Positions 55,572 to 63,794 of a stretch of 64,000 nt of DNA are shown here, one piece after another. Position 1 is the stretch's first letter. Every line of letters begins with the position of its first letter. The notes under the pieces were generated by a model that saw only the letters and a program-made list of their open reading frames with translations, was not told the DNA's origin and did no database searches. Origin of the DNA: an uncultured Sphingomonadaceae bacterium (GTDB lineage Bacteria; Pseudomonadota; Alphaproteobacteria; Sphingomonadales; Sphingomonadaceae); NCBI GenBank assembly GCA_964383565.1, contig CAYLIK010000001.1, forward strand, positions 1,019 through 65,018, written 5' to 3'. The translations under genes and the position numbers were made by a program.

Positions 55572-56146
55572 TGCCGCTTGTCGTCAATCACGACGCGCGC
55601 AGGCGCGAGGTAGCGCTGATCGCCGCTCGCCTGATCGCGGCATCGGGGCTGGAGGCCGTCACCGTGCGCGACGTCGCGCGGGTGGCCGGGTTCAGCACGG
55701 CGGTCGTCTCCTATTATTTCGAGAACAAGCGTGCTTTGCTGATGTTCGTTTATCGCATGGCGGCGTTGGACACAGTCGAACGCGTCCGCCGCCGCCGCAA
55801 TCGCGGTGCGGATATCCAACGCTGCCTCGAAGCCATCCTCCCCCTCGACCGCCAGCGCCGCGACCGCTGGAAAGTCTGGTTCGCCTTCTGGGGCATGGCC
55901 GGCGACGATCCCGAATTCGCGGCGGAGCAGCAGTTGCGCGGCCGCGAGGCAAGGATGCTGTTTTCGGAGTTGCTTGAGACAGCCTCGACGATCCCGGCGG
56001 AGACGCCGGAGCATCGCGACATTCAGGCGCGCCGTTTACTCACGATGGTGACGGGCCTGTCGGGACAGGCGACTTACGATCCAACGGATTGGCCCGCGAG
56101 CCGCCAAAGAGCGTTGCTGGCGGCCGAGATCGCTACGCTCGCTTAA
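55571..56146 (+). CDS. TetR-family transcriptional regulator
   Basis: HTH VTVRDVARVAGFSTAVVSYYF. Its start shares one nt with the oxygenase stop. Confidence 0.75.
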   Translation: MPLVVNHDARRREVALIAARLIAASGLEAVTVRDVARVAGFSTAVVSYYFENKRALLMFVYRMAALDTVERVRRRRNRGADIQRCLEAILPLDRQRRDRWKVWFAFWGMAGDDPEFAAEQQLRGREARMLFSELLETASTIPAETPEHRDIQARRLLTMVTGLSGQATYDPTDWPASRQRALLAAEIATLA

Positions 56147-56170
56147 CGCCCCTCCCCTGAAGGAGAGGCG
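56147..56170. terminator. GC-rich hairpin CGCCCCTCC-CCTGAA-GGAGAGGCG between convergent genes
   Basis: 9-bp stem with one mismatch. Related to the hairpins at 18768 and 45710. Confidence 0.35.
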
Positions 56171-56176
56171 AATAAG

Positions 56177-57223
56177 TTACAGGCTCGCCCAATGAGCATA
56201 GACCGGGTCTTCACGCCCGAATTGTCCCCGGTTGGAGAGAGCCGCATAGAACCCTTCGAACGTGTTCGTCGTCTCCGCGCTCGTCGTCCAATCCGCCACG
56301 AAAGTCCGCGACTTGATCTTCCAAACCCCGTCCCGCCGCGCATAGCTGTCGATGTAGCGCCCGCCGGTCATCACATCCTGACCGCCCGCCGTCATCTGCG
56401 CGATCACATAATGCTCGCCGATCGCATGATCGCCCGTCACCTCGACCCACTCGTTCGCGACCGAATGAAAGCAGTAATCGAGATTGCCGGTGACGAAGGC
56501 CACGATCTGTTCGGCGAACTCAGCGCCCGATCCGTTGATCACGCCGGAAATCACCGTCGAATCCTCATGGAAAATCGACTTGAGCAACTCGACATCGCCC
56601 CGATCGACACCCCGCGCATAGGCCATCGCGAGATCATGGACAGCGATCCGGGAAAGCGCGGCGTCGAGCGCGGCGGCGTCAGGCTGGGCAGTCATGGTAT
56701 TGGCTCCTGAAAAAGACGCTTGAGCAAGGGCGAGCAGCGCGCGGCCGGGATCGGCGGCGCCCTTGCCGCCACTCGGCACATAGTTGGCATGGGATACCGG
56801 CGGATCGTTCCGCACGGCGGTGTTGGGCCGGTTGGTATTACCCTCCAACAGATAGGTGCGGTGGGTCAGCTTCCACTCGCCGTCGCGCAGCGCGTGGCTG
56901 TCGAGATAGCGGCCGAACACGATGCGCTGCATCTCGGCCTCCTCGACATAGGCCATGACATAGGATTCGGAGATGGCCCGGTCCCCCGCCACCTTGATCC
57001 ACATGTTGCAGGTCCGGTGCAGCGTGGGCAGCGAACCCTTCTGCGCCTGCGCGAGCATAGCCACCAGATCGGCGGCGGGGCCAGCGAAGAAGCCATAATC
57101 GACCGTCGCGTCCGGGTGATAGGCAGCCGACAGCAGGTTGAGATCAGCACGATCCACCCCCCGGCTGTGGATCGAAAGTATATTCTTGATCGCGTGGTGG
57201 GCGATCAGATCATGCGGTGACAT
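56177..57223 (-). CDS. tandem NTF2-like (two SnoaL_4-type domains) fusion protein
   Basis: 348 aa. Domain 1 starts HHAIKNILSIHSRGVDRADLNLLSAAYHPDA and domain 2 starts IAVHDLAMAYARGVDRGDVELLKSIFHEDS. They are joined by a roughly 60-aa low-complexity linker. Confidence 0.6.
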   Translation of the reverse strand: MSPHDLIAHHAIKNILSIHSRGVDRADLNLLSAAYHPDATVDYGFFAGPAADLVAMLAQAQKGSLPTLHRTCNMWIKVAGDRAISESYVMAYVEEAEMQRIVFGRYLDSHALRDGEWKLTHRTYLLEGNTNRPNTAVRNDPPVSHANYVPSGGKGAADPGRALLALAQASFSGANTMTAQPDAAALDAALSRIAVHDLAMAYARGVDRGDVELLKSIFHEDSTVISGVINGSGAEFAEQIVAFVTGNLDYCFHSVANEWVEVTGDHAIGEHYVIAQMTAGGQDVMTGGRYIDSYARRDGVWKIKSRTFVADWTTSAETTNTFEGFYAALSNRGQFGREDPVYAHWASL

Positions 57224-57232
57224 GCGTCACTC

Positions 57233-57272
57233 CAGAAAAAGATGCCCCGCGACACTTATCGCATCGCGGGGC
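57233..57272 (-). terminator. Rho-independent terminator after the receptor gene
   Basis: On the minus strand, GCCCCGCGA-11 nt loop-TCGCGGGGC is followed by ATCTTTTTC. It lies 12 nt after the stop at 57284 and directly abuts the RBS of the next gene. Confidence 0.55.
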
Positions 57273-57283
57273 AGCAGGGGGGA

Positions 57284-59620
57284 TCAGAACTTGTAGCTGG
57301 CCGAAATCCCGTACTGGCGCGGCGGGTAATAGTTGGTGAGACCCAACGTGCCCGGCGAGTCGAACACCGAGTTGATGTAGCGATTGTCGAACAGGTTGGT
57401 CGCCCAAACGCCGACTTCCATATTTTCCGATACGATGATGTCGAAGTTCGCGTTGACCAGATTCATCGGCTGGATCGATGCGCGCCGTGTGTCGACGATT
57501 GAGGTCAGCAGCTTCTCGGACGTGTAGGTATAGGAAAGCTGCGCCCGCGCCTCCAGCTCGCCCGAGAGTGGGAACTGGTAAGCGATGTTGCTGGCGAAGC
57601 TCCACTTCGGCGCATTCTGCAACCGTTCGCCCTTCAGCTGGGTCGTCGATCCGCTGGGCAGCAGGAACGGGAAGTCCTTGTATTTGGCGCTGAGATAGGA
57701 GCCTGATCCAGTGATTGTCAGCCCGTCCACCGGCGCGGCCGTCAATTCCAGTTCGATGCCCTTGATGGTGGATTTGGCCGCATTGAGGATCGTGTTGCCC
57801 TGCCGCAGATTGGCGCCGCTGCCCAGGAAGTAGATCTGGGCCAGCTGCATGTCGCGATAGTTAGTATAGAAAGCGGCGAGATTGGCGCGCAGCCTGCGAT
57901 CGAGCGTCTCCGCCTTCAGGCCGACCTCGAACGTGTCGACCTTCTCCGGATTATATGGCCCGACGTCCTCCGGGATGCCAATACGGCCAGTGAAACCGCC
58001 TGATTTGAAGCCCCGCGCCCAATAGCCGTAGAGCATCGTCTTGTCGTTGATCTTGTAATCCAGCCCGATCTTCCAGCCGACATTGTTCCAGGATTCGCTG
58101 CGCGGACCCGGAATGGCGCTGTTGGCGGGGATGGCTGCGTTCGGCGTTCCATCGGGCGACGTGCCATCGAAAGTCGATACCCCGGTGACCGAAGCCGACG
58201 AAAGCGTCGAGGCGAGCATCGACGTCTTCTCATGCGCGTAGCGGATGCCGGCCTGCAGCCGCAACGCGTCAGTCAGATCGATATAAGTCTGCGCGAACAG
58301 CGAGGCCGACCAGTTGTCCTGTTCCTGGCTGTTGACCTGGAAGAAACCGGGAAAGCCCTTCGTGATGCCGCCCGTTGCCAAGTCATAGGTCACGCCGCCG
58401 GCGAACTCGATGCGGAGATCCTGCCGGTGCTTGTAATGATCCTTCAGGTAAAAACCGCCGACGAGCAGTTCGATCGCGTCGTTGATCTTGACGTTGGTGC
58501 GCAGCTCCTGACTGAACTGCCAGCCGCTGGTGGGACGGCGCGTATCGATCAGGAATACGGGCGTGCCGTCCTGATCGGTGAACTCGAGCAGCTTGTGATA
58601 TTTATAGGCGGTGATCGAGGTGATATCGCCGACCGCCGTATCGCGCGCGTTGATGGTCAGCGTGCCGCGATAGGTATCCATGTTGCTCTTGTCGGGAACG
58701 CCCGAATGCGCGCCGAAATATTTGTTGGGCGCGTTACAGCGTGACCCTGCTGGCTCGCAGGGCGACTGGTACATGTTGAGGAACCCCGCCGGTACATATT
58801 CGGCCTCGCCCGGAAGATTGCCCGCGATCACGACCGGCGCACCGTTGCGCGCGCGATCATATTCGCCCGAGAGTGTCGCGTCGAAGCCGCCGGCCGAATA
58901 TTTGAGCGCGCCCCGGAAGATGGTGACGTTGCGCCGACCGAGGTCGGATCCATCGACGACGTTGGTGATCCAGCCTTGGCGCTTGTCGTGCGAAATACCG
59001 AACCGCGCGGCAAGCCCTTCGCCCAGCGGCGTGTTGATCACGCCTTGCAGATTGAGGTGGTTGTAATTGCCATAACCGGCTTTGACTCTGCCTTCGAATT
59101 TGTCGGTCGGCTGGGCATTGACGACGTTGACCACGCCGCCGGTCGTGTTCGCGCCGAACAGCGTGCCCTGCGGGCCGCGCAGGATTTCTATGCGGTCGAT
59201 ATCGAACAGATCGAGCAACGCGCCCATCGAGAAATATTGCGGAACGCCGTCGACGACGATGCCGACCGTATTGCCCGCGTAAGGATCGGGCTCGATCACG
59301 CCAATGCCGCGGATGGTGAAGACCGCGGTGTTGGGCGTGTTGGAGAAGGTATTGATCTGGACGTTCGGCACCGAGTTGCCGAGACCCTGAAGGTTGACGG
59401 CCTGCATGGCTTCGACAGCCGCACCCGTCACGGCCGCGATCGAGATCGGCACGTCCTGCAGATTTTCGGCCTTCTTCTGCGCCGTCACGATGATTTCTTC
59501 GATACCGCCAGTCTGTTCAGGAACGGCGGCGGCGTCCTGTGCGAACGCTGATGACGCGATACTCAGACTGATAAGCGACAGGCCGGCCAGCAGACCGGAA
59601 GTTTTGATAGTCATGATCAT
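57284..59620 (-). CDS. TonB-dependent receptor
   Basis: 778 aa. Signal peptide ending SAFAQDAA, plug IIVTAQKKAENLQDVPISIAAV and terminal Phe (SASYKF). It starts 15 nt after the upstream Rieske stop. Confidence 0.9.
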   Translation of the reverse strand: MIMTIKTSGLLAGLSLISLSIASSAFAQDAAAVPEQTGGIEEIIVTAQKKAENLQDVPISIAAVTGAAVEAMQAVNLQGLGNSVPNVQINTFSNTPNTAVFTIRGIGVIEPDPYAGNTVGIVVDGVPQYFSMGALLDLFDIDRIEILRGPQGTLFGANTTGGVVNVVNAQPTDKFEGRVKAGYGNYNHLNLQGVINTPLGEGLAARFGISHDKRQGWITNVVDGSDLGRRNVTIFRGALKYSAGGFDATLSGEYDRARNGAPVVIAGNLPGEAEYVPAGFLNMYQSPCEPAGSRCNAPNKYFGAHSGVPDKSNMDTYRGTLTINARDTAVGDITSITAYKYHKLLEFTDQDGTPVFLIDTRRPTSGWQFSQELRTNVKINDAIELLVGGFYLKDHYKHRQDLRIEFAGGVTYDLATGGITKGFPGFFQVNSQEQDNWSASLFAQTYIDLTDALRLQAGIRYAHEKTSMLASTLSSASVTGVSTFDGTSPDGTPNAAIPANSAIPGPRSESWNNVGWKIGLDYKINDKTMLYGYWARGFKSGGFTGRIGIPEDVGPYNPEKVDTFEVGLKAETLDRRLRANLAAFYTNYRDMQLAQIYFLGSGANLRQGNTILNAAKSTIKGIELELTAAPVDGLTITGSGSYLSAKYKDFPFLLPSGSTTQLKGERLQNAPKWSFASNIAYQFPLSGELEARAQLSYTYTSEKLLTSIVDTRRASIQPMNLVNANFDIIVSENMEVGVWATNLFDNRYINSVFDSPGTLGLTNYYPPRQYGISASYKF

Positions 59621-59635
59621 CCTCCCCTTGTTGAG

Positions 59636-61045
59636 TTATGATGCGAGATATTTGTCGATCGTCCGGTTGAAGTGCCGGATTCTGATTTCTTGGTAATTGC
59701 CGAGAGTCTCGCCGCCCTTGCGGCTCGCGCGGAAGCCCTGCTGCTGGGACCGCAGATTGTCGGTGTCCTGGTCGTAAACGTAGCCGAACGCGGCATCCAT
59801 GCCGGGCACCGTGGAATAGCTTTCCTCTTCCTTCACCCGGTACGGCTCGGGTGGTTCCGGAGCCTCGCCTTGATCGGGCAGCGGCCGCAGGAACAGAATC
59901 TCGAACAGGGTCCGGTTGGGGTCGAGCCCGATCGGCCGGAAGCGATAGACCATCGGCAGCGAGAGGCCGGGGAACAGCACCATGTTCGGAAAGACATGAT
60001 ATTCGATCGTGTCGATCACTTCGCTATCGGAGAAATGCGAGAGATCGGCCTTGTACTTCTCGCCCAACACCTTGCGCAGGAAGCGCGCCATCACGATCCG
60101 GGCGGTCTCGCCGTCCCTGATCGTCATGCTGTCGTCGAGCACCGAGCGATCACCCACCAGCATCTGGTCGAGCAGCTGCTGCTCGGACAGCGGATCGGCG
60201 AGATGGGGGCTGTTCACACCGCCCGCCGCGTAGAAGCGCGACACATGATCGCTGTAGGTGTCGTACTGGACGTTAGCGTCGCCCACGCCCTTCATCAGCT
60301 GCGGGTGCGTTTCCAGCACATGATAGGATTCGAGGAATGCTTCCTGCGCAGTCTTCCAGTTGCAGGGCAGCTCCTTGGCCATGTGCAGTTCGACGAACCG
60401 CTTATCCATGTCCCACGTCTTGAAGTGATCGGGCAACGGGTCGAGAAATTCGAGCAGATCCGGGCCTTCATCACTCGGATTTATGAAGACGAACCCGCCC
60501 CAATGCCCGACGCGCACCTCCGGCAGATGATATTTCTTCGCATCGACATGCGGGAAATCCCAGGCGCAGGGCACGGCCTTCAGTTCGCCGTCATTGGCCC
60601 AGGTCCAGCCGTGATAGGGGCAGCGCAATTGCGGCGCGCTGCCGAAGCCCTCGCTCTTGCGCAGCTTGGTGCCGCGATGCAGGCAGCTGTTGACGAAGCC
60701 TTTTACGCTCCCGTCGTCCTGCCGGACGACGATGTAGGAGAGATGGCCGACCTCATAGACATAATGGTCGCCGGGCTCGGGAATGTGATCCTCGCGGCAC
60801 ACCCATTGCCAGCTGCGCTGCCAGATCTTGTCCATCTCCGCATCGAAGAAGGCTTGATCATAATAGCGCGAGAAGGGCAGATCCTCGCTGCCGAGATATT
60901 CGTAGCGCTCCTGGGTGAGTACCGCAGGCGCGGGATTGGCGTCGCCCTTGATGATGTCCTGAACCGAGGGAGCCGGGCAGCGCGCGTCACCGAAAGCCAG
61001 GTCATCCTGTTCCGGCAATCCGTGGGGACGGATGGCGTCTGTCAT
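59636..61045 (-). CDS. Rieske non-heme iron oxygenase alpha subunit (subfamily A)
   Basis: CLHRGTKL...CPYHGWTW and NWKTAQEAFLESYHVLETHP. The ORF-track TTG start at 61060 is itself part of the RBS GGAGAGGG, so the start was moved to ATG 61045 (MTDAIRPHG). Confidence 0.85.
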   Translation of the reverse strand: MTDAIRPHGLPEQDDLAFGDARCPAPSVQDIIKGDANPAPAVLTQERYEYLGSEDLPFSRYYDQAFFDAEMDKIWQRSWQWVCREDHIPEPGDHYVYEVGHLSYIVVRQDDGSVKGFVNSCLHRGTKLRKSEGFGSAPQLRCPYHGWTWANDGELKAVPCAWDFPHVDAKKYHLPEVRVGHWGGFVFINPSDEGPDLLEFLDPLPDHFKTWDMDKRFVELHMAKELPCNWKTAQEAFLESYHVLETHPQLMKGVGDANVQYDTYSDHVSRFYAAGGVNSPHLADPLSEQQLLDQMLVGDRSVLDDSMTIRDGETARIVMARFLRKVLGEKYKADLSHFSDSEVIDTIEYHVFPNMVLFPGLSLPMVYRFRPIGLDPNRTLFEILFLRPLPDQGEAPEPPEPYRVKEEESYSTVPGMDAAFGYVYDQDTDNLRSQQQGFRASRKGGETLGNYQEIRIRHFNRTIDKYLAS

Positions 61046-61071
61046 GCTTTCCCTCTCCAAAAGATTTGCGT

Positions 61072-61155
61072 CATTCTGCTAGTTGATAACCGGACGCCTT
61101 GCCTGTTTTATGCGCCAGCACGGGCATAGCCCCAACTGAACATTGTGCTAGTGGA
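61072..61155. promoter_or_regulatory. 15-nt direct repeat in the Rieske/TetR divergent intergenic region (candidate operator)
   Basis: CATTCTGCTAGTTGA (61072-61086) and CATTGTGCTAGTGGA (61141-61155) match at 13 of 15 positions, 69 bp apart. Confidence 0.25.
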
Positions 61156-61201
61156 GCGTCTTGTCGTGCGAGTGATGCGATGACGTGACGGACGGAGCGG
61201 C

Positions 61202-61882
61202 GTGGAAAAGGTAACACGGGCAATATTGGATCAGGTTCGGCCGGACAGGATGGTCGGAACCGAAGCATCGTGGCAGCAGCGCAAAAGCAGCGAGATGCGG
61301 ATCCGCATCTTGGAAGCGACGCTCGACTGTCTTGTGGAGCGGGGCTACGCCCGGCTTTCGACCAGCGAGATCACATCGCGCGCCAGCGTTTCGCGCGGCG
61401 CGATGCACCACCATTTTCCGACCCGCATGGCGCTGGTCGCTGCCGCCGTCGAATATGCGCTGTACCGGAGCATGCAGCAGTTTTTGACCGACTATTTCGA
61501 ATTGATCGGCAGGAAGAAGGGGAGCGCCAACGTCGTGGCGGCCGCCACCGAAGCCTACTGGCGTAGCGTGCAAACCCGCGAATATGCCGCCCATCTGGAA
61601 CTCGCCATGGCCGCGCGGACCGACGTCGAGCTGAACAGCCATTTCCTTCCACTCGCCCGCAAGTTCGACCGCGTTTGGCGTGAGGAGATGGTCAAGACCT
61701 TCCCCGAATGGAAGGGGCTGGGAGAGCGGCTGCAGCTTGCGAATGATTTCGCGATCGCCGCCCATCTCGGACTGTTGCTGCAAAGGCCGGTCCTGGGCGA
61801 AGGCAAGCGTTCCCGTCAGATTCGCGACCTGATCCTCAGGGTAATCCAGGATCTCCACGCTACCGATGAAACAGGTGGGTGA
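61202..61882 (+). CDS. TetR-family transcriptional regulator
   Basis: HTH LSTSEITSRASVSRGAMHHHF. 226 aa. GTG start; a later start is possible. Confidence 0.7.
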   Translation: MEKVTRAILDQVRPDRMVGTEASWQQRKSSEMRIRILEATLDCLVERGYARLSTSEITSRASVSRGAMHHHFPTRMALVAAAVEYALYRSMQQFLTDYFELIGRKKGSANVVAAATEAYWRSVQTREYAAHLELAMAARTDVELNSHFLPLARKFDRVWREEMVKTFPEWKGLGERLQLANDFAIAAHLGLLLQRPVLGEGKRSRQIRDLILRVIQDLHATDETGG

Positions 61883-61967
61883 GCCGGTTTCTGGCCTTTA
61901 AACCAGCTTCGGGCGTTGCAATCACCAGCTATCAACCCGTCCCATGTGATCGGAGAGGAACAAGACC

Positions 61968-62651
61968 ATGACCAACATCGCAATCACTGGCGCAGGACGC
62001 GGCATCGGCCTGGAACTGACCAAACAATATGTCGCCGCCGGCGACCGGGTCTTCGCGCTGGTCCGCAATCCAGCCGGTTCGGACGCACTCACCGCGCTCG
62101 CCACGAGTTCTGGCGGCAAGGTTACGGTTATCGAAATGGACGTCGGTGACGATGCATCGGTCCGGGCGGCCGCTGCTAGGATCAGCGAGCCGGTAGACGT
62201 TGTGCTCAACGTGGCCGGCGTCATCGGACCTGGCGGTAATGATCTCGAGTCATCAGATTGGGATGCCTGGACCGATGCCTTCAATGTGATGGTATATGGG
62301 CCGTTGCGCGTGCTGCAGGCATTCCTGCCCAAGCTGAAGTCCGGCGCGAAGGTGATCAACATCACCAGCCAGCTTGCCGCATCCACCTGGCCCTATGGCG
62401 GGCATTATGCCTACGCCGGAGCAAAAGCGGCACTCAACCGGGTGATGCGCTCGGTCGCGATCGACTTGCGCGACAAGGGCATAGTCATCGGCCTGGTCCA
62501 TCCAGGCTGGGTGAAAACCGACATGGGCGGCGCGGATGCCGATATCACACCGCAGGAAAGCGCCGAAGGCATCCGCAAGACGACGGCTGGCTGGACGCTC
62601 GACCGTTCCGGCGATTTTCTCAAGTGGAACGGAGAGACTCACCCCTGGTGA
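61968..62651 (+). CDS. SDR-family oxidoreductase (short, CsgA/C-factor-like)
   Basis: ITGAGRGIGLEL cofactor motif and YAGAK. RBS GGAGAGGAA. 227 aa. Confidence 0.75.
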   Translation: MTNIAITGAGRGIGLELTKQYVAAGDRVFALVRNPAGSDALTALATSSGGKVTVIEMDVGDDASVRAAAARISEPVDVVLNVAGVIGPGGNDLESSDWDAWTDAFNVMVYGPLRVLQAFLPKLKSGAKVINITSQLAASTWPYGGHYAYAGAKAALNRVMRSVAIDLRDKGIVIGLVHPGWVKTDMGGADADITPQESAEGIRKTTAGWTLDRSGDFLKWNGETHPW

Positions 62652-63003
62652 GGATCGGCGCGGGAAGATAGGATTCGTGCTCCTCCACGAGGTAGGGGCG
62701 CATCCGCCCGCGATCGAACAGCTGCTCCTCGTCGGCCACGATCTCCGCCATCTGCTCGGGATCGGATAGGGCCGCGAAACAGGCATCATGGGTCGCCATG
62801 TCCGGGAACCAGATCTCCATGATAACGTCCGGATCGGCCTCGTTTGGTTCGCCCGTGGGAGTCGGGTAGCGCCGGACGTACCGGCACGCATATCCCGACA
62901 GCACCTTTTCGCCGATCAGCCGGTGATTTTCCTCATAATAGGTGATGAACTCTTCTCGGGAGAGACCCGGCTTGCGGTTCATTAGAAGGACAAGCTTGAT
63001 CAT
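62620..63003 (-). CDS. EthD-domain (dimeric alpha/beta barrel) protein
   Basis: Trimmed to Met58 (MIKLVLLMNRKPGLSREEFITYYEENH), whose ATG overlaps the upstream stop (ATGA). The 3' end overlaps the convergent SDR gene by 32 nt. Confidence 0.5.
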   Translation of the reverse strand: MIKLVLLMNRKPGLSREEFITYYEENHRLIGEKVLSGYACRYVRRYPTPTGEPNEADPDVIMEIWFPDMATHDACFAALSDPEQMAEIVADEEQLFDRGRMRPYLVEEHESYLPAPILTRGESLRST

Positions 63004-63794
63004 GCCGCATGCTCCGATAGCCATTGGCGCGTGATCTTGGCTGTCACGCGCGCGCGTTCGTGGGGATCGGGCCAGCCGGCGCGCAACGCGCGCGACCGCA
63101 GCTCGATGCTGAGCGGAATATCGGGCGGCAGCGCCTCCAGCATTGCCTCCAGCGGAAGGGCACCTTCGCCACACTGGCGCCTGAGATCGATCGCATCGAC
63201 GATGATCGCGTCAAAATTCGAAGGATCGGGCCGCCCGGCCGGCGCATCGCAGAATTGCGCATAGGGCAGCAGCGATGCGGGCACTGCCTTCAAATCCGAC
63301 AGATCGGTGCCCGCCCGGTCGACATGGATCGGATCGATCAGCAGCGCGCGCGCCGGATGCTCGACGGCGTCGAGTATCCTGAGCGCCGCCGCCAGCGACT
63401 TCACCTCAGTGAAAATCCCGAACTCCAGGGCCACGCGCATTCCGAGGGGCGCGGCATGCTCGCATAGAGCGGCCAGCGCATAGATCGTCGCTTCCTCATC
63501 GGGATCGGACGACACGCACAGCACATTTCTGGCGCCAAGTTCCGCGCCGATATCGATACTGCGCTTGTGCATCTCGAGATCGCTGTCGGGCTTGATCCAG
63601 ATGACCTCGACATCGAGCAGCTCAAGCCCGCTATAGGCGAGCGCCGCGCGGCACTCTCGCGTCGTCGCGGCGTCCCAGGTTTCGGGTTCAACCCACAGAC
63701 CCACGGCGTCGAATCCTCCGGCCTCCGCCGCCCTGATCGTCTCGATTGGCCCGAATTCCGGCAGCACGCCTGAGGCGAGCGAGATGCGCCGCAC
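63000..63794 (-). CDS. sugar-phosphate isomerase/epimerase (xylose-isomerase-like TIM barrel) family protein
   Basis: 264 aa, containing AAEAGGFDAVGLWVEP...GMRVALEFGIF...LLIDPIHVDRAG. The GTG start immediately follows the upstream stop. Confidence 0.65.
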   Translation of the reverse strand: MRRISLASGVLPEFGPIETIRAAEAGGFDAVGLWVEPETWDAATTRECRAALAYSGLELLDVEVIWIKPDSDLEMHKRSIDIGAELGARNVLCVSSDPDEEATIYALAALCEHAAPLGMRVALEFGIFTEVKSLAAALRILDAVEHPARALLIDPIHVDRAGTDLSDLKAVPASLLPYAQFCDAPAGRPDPSNFDAIIVDAIDLRRQCGEGALPLEAMLEALPPDIPLSIELRSRALRAGWPDPHERARVTAKITRQWLSEHAA

